Positions 33,707 to 43,833 of a stretch of DNA of 64,000 bases are shown in pieces. The notes under the pieces are model-generated. The model searched no databases, had not been told where the DNA came from, and worked only from the letters and a program-made list of their open reading frames with translations. Each line of letters starts with the position of its first letter. The stretch's first letter is position 1. Source of the stretch: Candidatus Bathyarchaeota archaeon (GTDB lineage Archaea > Thermoproteota > Bathyarchaeia > Bathyarchaeales > Bathycorpusculaceae); contig OY970340.1 of assembly GCA_963717465.1 (NCBI GenBank), forward strand, positions 1,472,001 through 1,536,000, in the 5' to 3' direction. The position numbers and the translations under genes are program-made.

Positions 33707-34577
33707 ATTCCTGTTTTTCCTCGGCTGCGCTATTCCTTATCGTGTGTCGTCGTACGAGATTTCGGCACGAAAAGTTCTCTTTAAGCTTGGCGTTGAATTG
33801 GTTGAGATGCCTGAATTCAATTGCTGTGGCCTTCCGTTTGATCCGGTTAGCCACGAAACAATGCTTATTCTTGCAGCAAAGAATTTGGCGTTGGCTGAGC
33901 AGCAAAAACTGGACGTGTTGACTTTATGCCCTGGATGCGCTGGAACGCTAAAGAAGGTTAACAAGAGTCTGAAAGAGGATAAAGTGTTAAGAGCAGAGAT
34001 TAACGCTCACCTAAAAGAAGCAGGATTGGAATTCAAGGGAACCATCAATGCTAAACACTTGCTTCAAGTGCTCAAAGAAGATGTGGGATACGATAAAATT
34101 AAGGCTGCAGTTACTAAGCCGTTGAGTAACTTAAAGGTTGCTGAACACAATGGCTGCCACATTTTAAGACCAAAAGAGTATATTGGGTTTGATGATCCAG
34201 AAGATCCTAAGACACTAAGAGAACTGATTGAAGCTACGGGTGCAACATGCCTTGATTACATGGATAAAACTGAATGCTGCGGAGCACCAAGCGTAGGAAT
34301 CAACGATAAAATTGCGCTTCAATTAGCAAGAGACAAACTTAACCACGTGAAAATCGTTGAAGCCCAAGCATTAATCACGATTTGCCCGTTCTGCCACATA
34401 ATGTACGACACAAACGAGCTAAGAATCGAAAAAATGTTCAACGAAACCTACGGCATCCCCATAATCCATTACCCACAACTGCTCGGGTTAGCTATGGGCA
34501 TGACTCCCGAAGAATTAGCATTCAACGAGCTACGAGTCAACGCATTAAAACTCCTAAACAGCCTCAAAAATCAATAA
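33696..34577 (+). CDS. hdrB: Heterodisulfide reductase subunit B
   Basis: FLGC, NCCG, CPGC, HNGCHILRP, ECCG, CPFCH CCG domains. Confidence 0.92.
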   Translation: MVNKFLFFLGCAIPYRVSSYEISARKVLFKLGVELVEMPEFNCCGLPFDPVSHETMLILAAKNLALAEQQKLDVLTLCPGCAGTLKKVNKSLKEDKVLRAEINAHLKEAGLEFKGTINAKHLLQVLKEDVGYDKIKAAVTKPLSNLKVAEHNGCHILRPKEYIGFDDPEDPKTLRELIEATGATCLDYMDKTECCGAPSVGINDKIALQLARDKLNHVKIVEAQALITICPFCHIMYDTNELRIEKMFNETYGIPIIHYPQLLGLAMGMTPEELAFNELRVNALKLLNSLKNQ

Positions 34578-34882
34578 TTTTCCAATGGTTAGAAAAACAA
34601 CGGCTTGAATTTGCGGATTTAATTTTTTAAGGGCAGAGCTAATTTTTAGAAAAAGCATATAATGTTAAGGCTGATTAGCTAAAAAAGCAACAAATGCCTT
34701 CTGAAGTCATATATACTTTTTCTTTTAAAAGAAAACCGAATGGATTCCACGTATTTGTATTTAGGCGACTCAGTAGGCGACATCCATCGTGTCCCTCGCA
34801 AACAAATACGAAACAAGTTAGATCTTTTTGAGTTTAACTAAAATTTAATAGCGTGTGCTTCATAGAAATTCTTGGTGATTCT

Positions 34883-35344
34883 TTGATAAGTAACATATTA
34901 GTAGCTAATGATTTTTCCGAGAACGCAAATAGAGCGTTAGATTTTGCCGCCGATTTGGCAGAAAAATTAAACGCCTCAATAACTGTCGTAAATGTCATTC
35001 AATATGTACCTGGAATTGTTAAAGCTGCTGGAATTGATTCAAGTGGGTGTGGGTCAGAAACAGGAATACCTGTTCCAGAAAACTATTTTATCGATATGAG
35101 GAAAATGAGCGAGGAAGCAATGGCTAAGGTTGTTAACAAGGTTAAAGGCCTTAAACCTAATTTGAGGGTTTCCTCTATAGTTAAAGCAGGTTCTCCAGTG
35201 AATGAAATAATTAGTATGTCAGAAGATTTTGACATTATTGTAATTGGTCACAGCGGTCAAGATAGTTTGCGTGAAGCTTTTATGGGTGTTAATAGTGAAA
35301 GAATTGTTAATATGGTAAAATGCCCCGTCTTAGTCATCCCATAG
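34883..35344 (+). CDS. Universal stress protein
   Basis: ILVANDFSENANRAL, IVIGHSG, MGVNSERIV...CPVLVI. Confidence 0.88.
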   Translation: MISNILVANDFSENANRALDFAADLAEKLNASITVVNVIQYVPGIVKAAGIDSSGCGSETGIPVPENYFIDMRKMSEEAMAKVVNKVKGLKPNLRVSSIVKAGSPVNEIISMSEDFDIIVIGHSGQDSLREAFMGVNSERIVNMVKCPVLVIP

Positions 35345-35594
35345 CTAAAATAGACAGACTCTCCTTTGTAGAACATAGAAAAGAATTACGTGTCTCAAAA
35401 ATGAATTTACCCATGTGAACTCTTACTACTTTCCTAATAAGCTTAACCTACCACCTTTCTCACAATCTCTTCTTAATCTGCAAGAAGGCATACCACTTAC
35501 CCATACGAGGCTCTCCCTCACCATCGTCGCCGCACACGTATCAGAAGGGACGAGTAGTTTACATTTGAAAAAAATTGATGATATTTTCTATGGT

Positions 35595-36854
35595 TTAAAC
35601 TTGAAACGGAATTTTGAAGGTTTCAAGATAAGCCTTAGCTGAATATTCCATATTTTCCAGCGGCGAAGTAGGATCAAAGCCTATCGCATGTCTGGTTCTA
35701 TATCCCTGTGTAGGATACGCCGCAAATATCTTTGCTTGTCGCTTCCACATGTCAAGAATTCTTTGTTTAGGGCCGTCCAACATAGTTTTCACGTCAGCAC
35801 CGCACATTGCTGTAACGTTATTAAATTTCCTAGTCATCTTGTACCATTCCTCTATAGGCGGTGACTCAGAGTGTCCTAAAATACCAATGCAACCACCGTT
35901 CTCAGATGCGATTTGACTAACGATTTCCATTGTGACTAAAGGTGCTTCTGGAGCAAACCCGCATCTAAATCCTTTTTTTGCAGCATAAGGAACATCGGAA
36001 CCGTAAGTGAGAGGCAAAGTTCTCTTGAACTCTTCAAGATTAAAAAAGCTTGCGGCATCGCACCACCATAGCCAATTGCCTTTTCCGCTCTCATCTAGGT
36101 CAGAATCTAGTACGCTTATCATTCTGTCAATCTTTTTGTGGAGGAATTGAGATGAGCATTTAAGAATTAGTTCGGCCATTTCAGGATTTTTACGCATATC
36201 AACCAAAAGATTTTTGATTCCTCTAAGGAAGCTAGCGCCAGATATAGTGCCAGGACAAACCGATCCGTTTACCACAAATTCTGGGAAGAATTTGAATGAT
36301 TGCCTAAGTAACCATAGATATGACGGGTATGTCCCTTGTAGTGCGGGATCAGGCATATTATCTAAGAAGAACAGTGCGTCTTCTCTGGATTTTAGTAAGG
36401 GTTCAATGGATAATGGTGGACCGTATTCAATCAATCGGTATTTTGAGCTAAGTACTTCTTCGGCGTAACTGAAATTATTAGGAGCGATCAGGTCGCTGAG
36501 CCAGAACTTAGTTGTCCATATCACTTGTCCGAGGAAATCTAAGTTTGGATAATTTATCATGTCTCTTTGTCCAAATACTGATGGGGTTTCAGCGAATGCA
36601 TCAAATACCCTGGGCATGGCATTGTGAACTCCTGAACAGAGAATGGATAGGCGATCGAGTGGCCCATTGCTAAACTGAGTCCTTGCGAGCCGCTCTCTTG
36701 GTGTTAATTGTTCTTCGCCCTTTCTCTCCATAATTCTTTGGCGGCACTTCGTAATAATGAACTCTTCAGTTTCACTCCACTGATAAGTAAATGGAGCTTT
36801 GTTAAGAGTTCTAAAATAATCACCGTTTATTTCTTGAGGTATTCTTAAACTCAT
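35595..36854 (-). CDS. URO-D/MtaA-CmuA-fold protein (putative corrinoid-dependent methyltransferase), copy A
   Basis: TPRERL..DR, GPPL..P, ASFLRG..LLVDMRKNPE, PLENM; paralog of 40169-41437. Confidence 0.7.
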   Translation of the reverse strand: MSLRIPQEINGDYFRTLNKAPFTYQWSETEEFIITKCRQRIMERKGEEQLTPRERLARTQFSNGPLDRLSILCSGVHNAMPRVFDAFAETPSVFGQRDMINYPNLDFLGQVIWTTKFWLSDLIAPNNFSYAEEVLSSKYRLIEYGPPLSIEPLLKSREDALFFLDNMPDPALQGTYPSYLWLLRQSFKFFPEFVVNGSVCPGTISGASFLRGIKNLLVDMRKNPEMAELILKCSSQFLHKKIDRMISVLDSDLDESGKGNWLWWCDAASFFNLEEFKRTLPLTYGSDVPYAAKKGFRCGFAPEAPLVTMEIVSQIASENGGCIGILGHSESPPIEEWYKMTRKFNNVTAMCGADVKTMLDGPKQRILDMWKRQAKIFAAYPTQGYRTRHAIGFDPTSPLENMEYSAKAYLETFKIPFQV

Positions 36855-37169
36855 GATTTCGCCTCGCACGCTATTTGCTAATGATTGTCTCTGAAGTTAG
36901 CTATTATTAAATTCTAGTCAATTGCACATGTGCGAGCAAGGGAAGGATAGAACGGATTAAAATTTAATCCCCAAATCCAAATCCAAAACCTAAAAACGTG
37001 GGATGCGTCTAAGAAGTGCAGAAAAAGCAGTATTATGCTCTTTATGCCCCTTGCCAAATTATTGTTCCCAAAAAACATCAAAGGCACGCTAGACATAGTT
37101 ACTCTGCAATTGTTAAACTCGCATCCAATGCCTGGTCATGAATCATAAAGCATTTTTCTTTGGTACATT

Positions 37170-37513
37170 TTAACCGAATATAATTTGCAGCTTCAAAGGT
37201 TCGGTTTGTGGCCCTTCAAGTCCTATCAGGCCTTTCAGTATGGCCGACATAGGGGATAATGTTTGTCCATTATTCCTTTGAAGGTTTCTGTTGTCCAACT
37301 TAAGGTTACAACTGCCTGATCCTTTTTAATTGCCTTTTCAAATTTCTCAAGGATACCTTCCATAGATAGCTTATACCAGTATCCAACGTTTGCATCAGTG
37401 TATATAACCTGAAATGCCTTGCCCCAACCTGTCATAACTTCCGCATTTTCCCTAATTCTATCAGCCATTCTATTTGCAAGTTCATCAGCTATCTTTTCCT
37501 TACTTTGTGACAA
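37170..37513 (-). CDS. SCP2 sterol/lipid-binding-domain protein, copy 1 (1-nt deletion near 37263)
   Basis: Near-identical to 38676-39020; restoring one A gives LSPMSAILKGLIGLEGPQTEPLKLQIIFG. Confidence 0.7.
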
Positions 37514-37892
37514 TTTTTTTCACCGCAGTTTAATTCCTCTAAATCTTTTATATAATTGAGTTCGTTTTATTGAGTTCGTTTTACTTGCAATGCACTAGAA
37601 GAAATAGGTTTACAGGCAAATAGCTAACAAGTTAAGCTTCTCAATTTTGAAAAAGTGCTCCAAAGAATGCGTGGGGATCACAGAAAGGCTTCAGCAACTA
37701 TCTTTGGATGAAAACGGGGTTCTGAGAGAAAAATAAAGGATTTGAGGGGAGAATTAGCCTTTGGTTACCAGTAAGTTTGAATTTCTAGAGGTTGACCGTT
37801 TAGTTTTTAGTGAAAAGAAATATGTAAGTGAGGGATTCAAGGAAAAACAACTAGCATTTCGTCCTTTTGCAACGTCCTCAAAAATATAAACG
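37170..37892. repeat. Direct repeat copy 1 (SCP2 gene plus ~380-bp divergent promoter)
   Basis: Matches 38676-39385; intergenic part nearly identical apart from a 14-bp tandem duplication at 37555-37582. Confidence 0.92.
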
Positions 37893-37940
37893 TACAAGGC
37901 AGCACACCAATCAGGATAATGCATAGGTGTGTATATTATC

Positions 37941-38495
37941 ATGTCAACAGGAGAAGTAAAAGAAGTAAAAAAAGAAGTAAAAGAAAGTGGTTTGGAAAAA
38001 CAAAAAGCGGAATTTGAAAAACTTTTAATAAACGTTATGATAAAACAGGTAGGAAAGTTGCATGAGGGTATTAGCCAGCTCAGTGGCGAGGCGCAAGATA
38101 TGATGCTCCGGAAGGTCTCTGAAGCATCGACTGAATTTGCGAAAGAAATGTACCCTCGTATGCTTGGCCGTACCATCGATACTTTGACCGTTGATGAGAT
38201 GATGAAAATGGCAGAAATAATGGAGAATTCGGCTTCCGTGTTTTATGGTAATGGAGAGCCGGTAAGTATAACCAGAAAAGGTAACATTATAACATGGCAA
38301 GGCTGTAAAGTATGTTATGACCCCAGTATTACGAAGGGGTGGGTAAAGCCATACCCTGCTTATTGTGATTGGTGCAACAAGTATTATTTTGAAGATATTT
38401 TCAAGATTGCTCATAAAGGGCCAGTGAAGGTGAAGGGTCTCAAAAGCGTAATTCGTGGTGATGGCACGTGCCTTACCCAGATAGAATTGCTTTAG
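37941..38495 (+). CDS. Cys-rich V4R/DUF6144-like small protein
   Basis: CYDP..AYCDWC..YFEDIF...GPVKV..LKSVIRGDGTC pattern. Confidence 0.55.
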   Translation: MSTGEVKEVKKEVKESGLEKQKAEFEKLLINVMIKQVGKLHEGISQLSGEAQDMMLRKVSEASTEFAKEMYPRMLGRTIDTLTVDEMMKMAEIMENSASVFYGNGEPVSITRKGNIITWQGCKVCYDPSITKGWVKPYPAYCDWCNKYYFEDIFKIAHKGPVKVKGLKSVIRGDGTCLTQIELL

Positions 38496-38675
38496 ATGCC
38501 TGAACCTGCTTCCACTGCAAGGTTTCATCAACTTTCTTCTTTTCTTCTTTGAATTGGCTAAAGCGCGCCCTTAGACCCATATGGTTCAGGGAAAAGGGAA
38601 AGAAATAATGAATTGTTTTGGTTAGAGCGGAAAGAGTCCAGGCCCAATAGTGGGATGGATTTTCTTCCGTACATT

Positions 38676-39020
38676 TTATCCGAATATAATTTGCAGCTTC
38701 AAAAGCTCCGTTTGTGGCCCTTCAAGTCCTATTAGACCGTTCAGCATAGCCCCCATAGGTGACAATTCTTTGTCAAGTATTCCTTTGAATGTATCTGTCT
38801 TCCAACTCAAGGTTACCACGGCTTGATCCTTTTTAATCGCTTTCTCAAATTTCTCAAGATTACCATTCATATCTAACTTGTACCAGTATCCAACATTTGC
38901 GTCAGTATATATAACTTGAAATGCCTTACCCCAACCGGCCAACAGATCAGCATTTTCTTTAATTCTATCAGCCATTCTATTTGCAAGTTCATCAGCTAGC
39001 TTTTCCTTACTTTGTGACAA
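38676..39020 (-). CDS. SCP2 sterol/lipid-binding-domain protein, copy 2
   Basis: AVVTLSW..DTF..IL..ELSPMGAMLNGLIGLEG...LLKL resembles the SCP2 consensus. Confidence 0.72.
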   Translation of the reverse strand: MSQSKEKLADELANRMADRIKENADLLAGWGKAFQVIYTDANVGYWYKLDMNGNLEKFEKAIKKDQAVVTLSWKTDTFKGILDKELSPMGAMLNGLIGLEGPQTELLKLQIIFG

Positions 39021-39385
39021 TTTTTTTCACCGCAGTTTAATTCCTCTGAATCTTTTATATAATTGAGTTCGTTTTACTTGCAATGCACTAGAAGAAATAG
39101 GTTTACAGGCAAATAGCTAACAAGTTAAGCTTCTCAATTTTGAAAAAGTGCTCCAAAGAATGCGTGGGGATCACAGAAAGGCTTCAGCAACTATCTTTGG
39201 ATGAAAACGGGGTTCTGAGAGAAAAATAAAGGATTTGAGGGGAGAATTAGCCTTTGGTTACCAGTAAGTTTGAATTTCTAGAGGTTGACCGTTTAGTTTT
39301 TAGTGAAAAGAAATATGTAAGTGAGGGATTCAAGGAAAAACAACTAGCATTTCGTCCTTTTGCAACGTCCTCAAAAATATAAACG
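38676..39385. repeat. Direct repeat copy 2
   Basis: Matches 37170-37892. Confidence 0.92.
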
Positions 39386-39421
39386 ATTAAGGCACCACTA
39401 ACAATCGAGGTAAATGTAATA

Positions 39422-40147
39422 ATGCCTTTAGTTGAAATCATCAAAGAACTTAAGGACGCATTCTACGCGCAGGACGATGCAAAATGCCCACAACTTACGA
39501 AGAAAGCTTTGGAGGCAGGCGTTGATCCACAGGAGCTGCTTGAAAACCATCTTTTAGCTTGGACAAAAGACATCACTGGCAGAAGCATTTTTGACTCATG
39601 CCGTGAAACCGACGGTACAGCACCTCCCAAGGCAGAAAATGCAATAATGCTCTCGGAACTGGTAGCAATCGCTGACTGCCTCATGGCTTCAGTAGCTGTC
39701 TTAAAGCCTGAATTAGAAAAGCGAGCCGTGAAGGTGGATAGCCCTGGGCGAATCGTAATTGGAACTGTCGAGGGAGACGTCCACGACATAGGGAAAAGTT
39801 TAGTTGGTTCTATGTTGCAATCAGCTGGATACGAGGTTTTCGACCTGGGATTTGATGTGCCAGCCAAGAATTTTGTCACGGAAGCAAAGCTCCATAAGGC
39901 CGATATCATCGCTTTAAGCTGCTCGATGGCCATGTCAAGGACAGTAATGAAAGAAGTAGTCAACGAATTGAAAAAACTTAACATGCGTACCAATGTGAAA
40001 ATCATAACTGGTGGTCAAGCATCCTTTGATACTGATGTACAAACTTATGGTACAGACGCATTTGGCGCCAGCATCTCTGCGGCAATATCTCAATCTAAGG
40101 AAATGATGAGAATTCTCAAGGAAGAGAGAACAAAAAATAAATCATAA
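39422..40147 (+). CDS. Corrinoid (B12-binding) methyl-carrier protein, MtaC/MttC-like
   Basis: GTVEGDVHDIGK (DxHxxG), DLGFDVP, ALSC, ITGG; N-terminal cap domain. Confidence 0.9.
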   Translation: MPLVEIIKELKDAFYAQDDAKCPQLTKKALEAGVDPQELLENHLLAWTKDITGRSIFDSCRETDGTAPPKAENAIMLSELVAIADCLMASVAVLKPELEKRAVKVDSPGRIVIGTVEGDVHDIGKSLVGSMLQSAGYEVFDLGFDVPAKNFVTEAKLHKADIIALSCSMAMSRTVMKEVVNELKKLNMRTNVKIITGGQASFDTDVQTYGTDAFGASISAAISQSKEMMRILKEERTKNKS

Positions 40148-40168
40148 TAAAAATTTGGAGGTATAAAA

Positions 40169-41437
40169 ATGAATATAGAATGGAATAGTGAAGAAAATAA
40201 GGGGCAATACCCACGTACATGGAATAGTGCGAATTTTCACCTCGAATACACAGAGATAGAGGAGCTCATTATTAGTAGGTGCCACCAAAAGATTGTGGAA
40301 AAGACTCAAGCTGATAAATATACACCGCGCGAGAGATGCATGAGAGCTTATCATGGCAGTGATCCAGATCGGATTCCAATTGTTAACGCATTTTCGCCAC
40401 CAGTTGCTACTAGAATCTTTGATAGTTTTGGTGAGACGCCGCCAGTAGTTCATAACAGGGATTTCATTGAATTTCCAGAATTGCACATGCTTTCGATAGC
40501 TTTGTGGTATTCTAGGTTTAAGTCTGACTTTATACAGCCTATTTCTAATACCTTTGGTGAAGAATTGGTCACCAAGAAGTTTAGGCTTATTGAACACGGT
40601 CCGCCGTTGGCTGTTGAACCCTTCGCTAAAACTAAGGAAGACATGGAATGGTTCTTGGATAACGTGCCTGATCCCGGTCACAGAGGAATTTACCCCCTAA
40701 CGCTATGGATTACAAAGCAATGTATGAAAATTATGCCGGAACTTCTCACTGAAGGTAGTTGTTGTGCCGGTCCGCTTGCAGCGGCTACATTTTTCAGAGG
40801 ACCTAGAGAATTTCTAACCGATGTACGTAAGAATCCTGAAATGGCAGACTTGGCTCTCAAATGCGTTTTAAAATTCTTCTTAAAGAAAGTTGATAGAATG
40901 GCGGAAGCACTAGGACCTGTATTTAATGCTGATACGCCGAACGGTAATATAATGTTTTGGTGTGATGGCGGAGGCGCTTACCTAACACTTGAAGAGTTCA
41001 AGAGAACTTGGGATCTACATTATGGAACCACTATTCCTTATTGTGCAAAGAAGGGCATTAATCCCCGCATTGCTCCTGTAGCATCAAAAGATCATGACGC
41101 ATTAATCATTAAGATTATGGATGAGAACATCGGCGGAGAACTTGATGATTCTGATGAAGTGCCACCTGTGGAGGATTTCGTTCCAGTGTGGGAACAACGT
41201 GACAAGAAAGATAATAAAGTCTTTGGGTTAGCTGGTCCCCAAACTAGAAGTATATTGCTTGGTGAAGAAGCAACTCGCAAAGACATGTTAAGATTTGCAG
41301 GTCTTCTCGCAAAAACTCCTGAAAAAGGTCTAAGAGCGGCGACCGGTATAGTTGCTGATGCTAATACGCCGTTGACGAACATAGATATGGCGAATAGGTT
41401 GGTGTTTGAGCTATTCAAGTATCCAGTGACTGTTTAG
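40169..41437 (+). CDS. URO-D/MtaA-CmuA-fold protein (putative corrinoid-dependent methyltransferase), copy B
   Basis: TPRERC..PDRIP, GPLAAATFFRG..FLTDVRKNPE, TPLTNI; directly follows the corrinoid gene. Confidence 0.75.
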   Translation: MNIEWNSEENKGQYPRTWNSANFHLEYTEIEELIISRCHQKIVEKTQADKYTPRERCMRAYHGSDPDRIPIVNAFSPPVATRIFDSFGETPPVVHNRDFIEFPELHMLSIALWYSRFKSDFIQPISNTFGEELVTKKFRLIEHGPPLAVEPFAKTKEDMEWFLDNVPDPGHRGIYPLTLWITKQCMKIMPELLTEGSCCAGPLAAATFFRGPREFLTDVRKNPEMADLALKCVLKFFLKKVDRMAEALGPVFNADTPNGNIMFWCDGGGAYLTLEEFKRTWDLHYGTTIPYCAKKGINPRIAPVASKDHDALIIKIMDENIGGELDDSDEVPPVEDFVPVWEQRDKKDNKVFGLAGPQTRSILLGEEATRKDMLRFAGLLAKTPEKGLRAATGIVADANTPLTNIDMANRLVFELFKYPVTV

Positions 41438-41737
41438 GCTATGAATAATATACTCCTGCATAAAGAAAGCAAAAGTAACAGACTACGAAAAGAACGATGC
41501 TTACAACTCCCTTTCTCTCCCTTTTTTGATCTTCGTTTACGTGAAAGCGGTGAAATCTTTTTATAGTTAACTATATTGTCGGTTAATTTGTTGATGCTTC
41601 AGATTGCTACTCGCATGTGAATTGAAGTTGTCAGGTAAGAAGCAGCTAGTTCACTTGAAAGGTCACTTAGACAGGGCAATCTAGAAAGTTTTAAATGAAA
41701 CTAACTTCTATGACATAGTCGGGCGAGGGGGATACAT

Positions 41738-42745
41738 TTGAGCAATCCTCTATTTATCAATAATCTCTTCTTGGAGAAGACGCTATTTGACTTAGGAATG
41801 ATTAAGGGGGCTTCGGAAATCTACACCTTTTTGCTAAAAAGAGGCCCTAAAATGGCAAAAGACATAACGAAATTTACAGGAGGAAACAAAGCCCTAGTCT
41901 ATCGCAGGCTGAAATTTTTGTTATCCAAAGGCTATATCAAATCAACCCTAGATTTTCCAGCTCGATTTGAAGCGGTCCCTCTTGATTTGATAATTAATCA
42001 GTTTGCAGAAAGCAAGAAAAGAGAACTTCACAACATTAAGAGAAGTAGAGAAAAACTGCGAGACATTCTTGAAAACCTGGATACTGAAGAAGAAACAGCA
42101 AAAGATGAATTCTCAATAATGAAGAGTTCTTTCTTAGGCATAATCAAATGTTTATCGATAGCTAAGCAAACTAAAAATGAATACTTGATTATGAATGACC
42201 AACTGGCACCGTTTCAACATGATTTTATCAAAGATATGCAATTAATTGCCTCACAAACCTTACGAAACAAGGCTGAATTCAGATTCATAACTAATGTTGA
42301 TAGTAAAAACTTGAACGAGGCAAAACAGATTGTAAAAAAATTAAACTTAAATAGTCCGTATATTGGGGTGCGTCACTTAGATTTGCATCAGGATGATTTT
42401 CCACGTTTTGCACTGGGCGACGAGGATGCGGTTGTCTTCTACTTTGATACATTAGATTTTAAGACGATGTTAAATCCAGAGAAATTATTTTGGACAAGCA
42501 ACGTAGCTTTTATCAGATCAATGAGATTATTATTCAATGAGTTATGGCATAAATCAATCGATATTCGCGCAAGGATAGCTGAACTTGAAGGAACTGAATT
42601 TGCCATTCCGTCTTCACGAAACCAAGAACCTTTCTTACAGCTTCCATCTACTGAAAGCGGTCTCAAGGCTGATAGTCCTTTTGAAAATGGGCACCATGCT
42701 TGCCGAGCACGCGATACACAAATTGGCCTTTCATTTGAGGAATAA
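41738..42745 (+). CDS. TrmB family transcriptional regulator
   Basis: LG....EIY.FLLK.GP..AKDI..VYR.LK.L..KGY....PARFEAVP; effector domain ending FNELW. Confidence 0.85.
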   Translation: MSNPLFINNLFLEKTLFDLGMIKGASEIYTFLLKRGPKMAKDITKFTGGNKALVYRRLKFLLSKGYIKSTLDFPARFEAVPLDLIINQFAESKKRELHNIKRSREKLRDILENLDTEEETAKDEFSIMKSSFLGIIKCLSIAKQTKNEYLIMNDQLAPFQHDFIKDMQLIASQTLRNKAEFRFITNVDSKNLNEAKQIVKKLNLNSPYIGVRHLDLHQDDFPRFALGDEDAVVFYFDTLDFKTMLNPEKLFWTSNVAFIRSMRLLFNELWHKSIDIRARIAELEGTEFAIPSSRNQEPFLQLPSTESGLKADSPFENGHHACRARDTQIGLSFEE

Positions 42746-42964
42746 GCAAAATATTGCTTTCCAATTAACTAATTACTTGCGTCAATATTACTTTTATTTT
42801 GTTTTTATGATACAAACTTTTTAAATAGAGACTCTTCGTAATAACGGTATAGTTTGCAGTTTAATTTGTTATTTGTTGGTTAAAGATATTGGTATTTCGC
42901 TCTCTTGCAACTACCTTCAAAATATAAAGAATTGCGCCATTGAGACTATGAGGCGAATAACTAG

Positions 42965-43431
42965 ATGACAGATATTTTAGGATTCGATTTTCGACCTGAA
43001 CTATTTTATAGCACAGATCATGTATGGGCTAAGCCAGAAACTGACGGGACAGTAAGAGTGGGATTTGATGACATTATTTCTAAAGGAGCTCATGAGATTT
43101 TCTACATGAAACTTTTGCCCAAGGGAACAAGCGCAGGACAGAGAAAGAAATTAGGCGTCATTGAATCGCGCAAATATACAGGTCCCATTCCATCACCGAT
43201 CTCAGGCGAAGTTTTGATTGTTAATGAAGAGGTTGTTAAACTTGGCGCTGAAGGTTTTATGGAGGATCCTTATGGGAGGGGTTGGTTGTTTATTATGAAA
43301 CCTTCAAGTCTTGAGGCAGAACTGGCGACTCTTATGCATGGTGAACAGCGGCTGAATGGTTTAAAAAAGAAGCAGAGCCATTGGTGGATGAACTTGAGAT
43401 CTTTAAGATGAAACACACACGAGCGAAATAG
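42965..43431 (+). CDS. gcvH: Glycine cleavage H-like lipoyl carrier protein (frameshift near 43345)
   Basis: YSTDHVW..VRVG, IESRK (lipoyl Lys position), SPISGEV..VN, DPYGRGW. Confidence 0.8.
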
Positions 43432-43720
43432 TATGTAACTACCTCACACAATGGGGGTCGACATAGTATTGTGTTCGCGCGAACAATTCTTGCAGAGACG
43501 AGAAACCTAATGTGTGCGCCTCTCCCTTCCTGTGCCTCTCTCCCTGTGTGTGTATATGTGTGTGAGTGTGAGAGAATTAGCGTAAAAGAGCAGGAGTCCG
43601 AGAGAGAATTAAATTTTAATCCACCACAAACCCAAACCCAAAAACTACTCCAACGCCTACACGCCTATACGTACTGCCCACACACTTTCCATTTCTTCTC
43701 TCTCTTATTCCCCCTCTAAC

Positions 43721-43760
43721 ACAATTACAATTACATACAATTACAATTACAATTACAAAT
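43721..43760. repeat. ACAATT hexamer tandem array
   Basis: ACAATT x2, ACAT, ACAATT x3, ACAAAT. Confidence 0.8.
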
Positions 43761-43833
43761 AATAGAGAGTCAATCACTTAGTCAGTCACTGTCAGTCAGC
43801 TGATAGCACGCGCGCTTAAGACTTGTCATAAAG

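Noticed and set aside
37754..39444. Minus-strand ORFs 37754-38176 and 39247-39444 with identical C-termini
   Set aside because: The identity comes from the direct repeat; both overlap real plus-strand genes.
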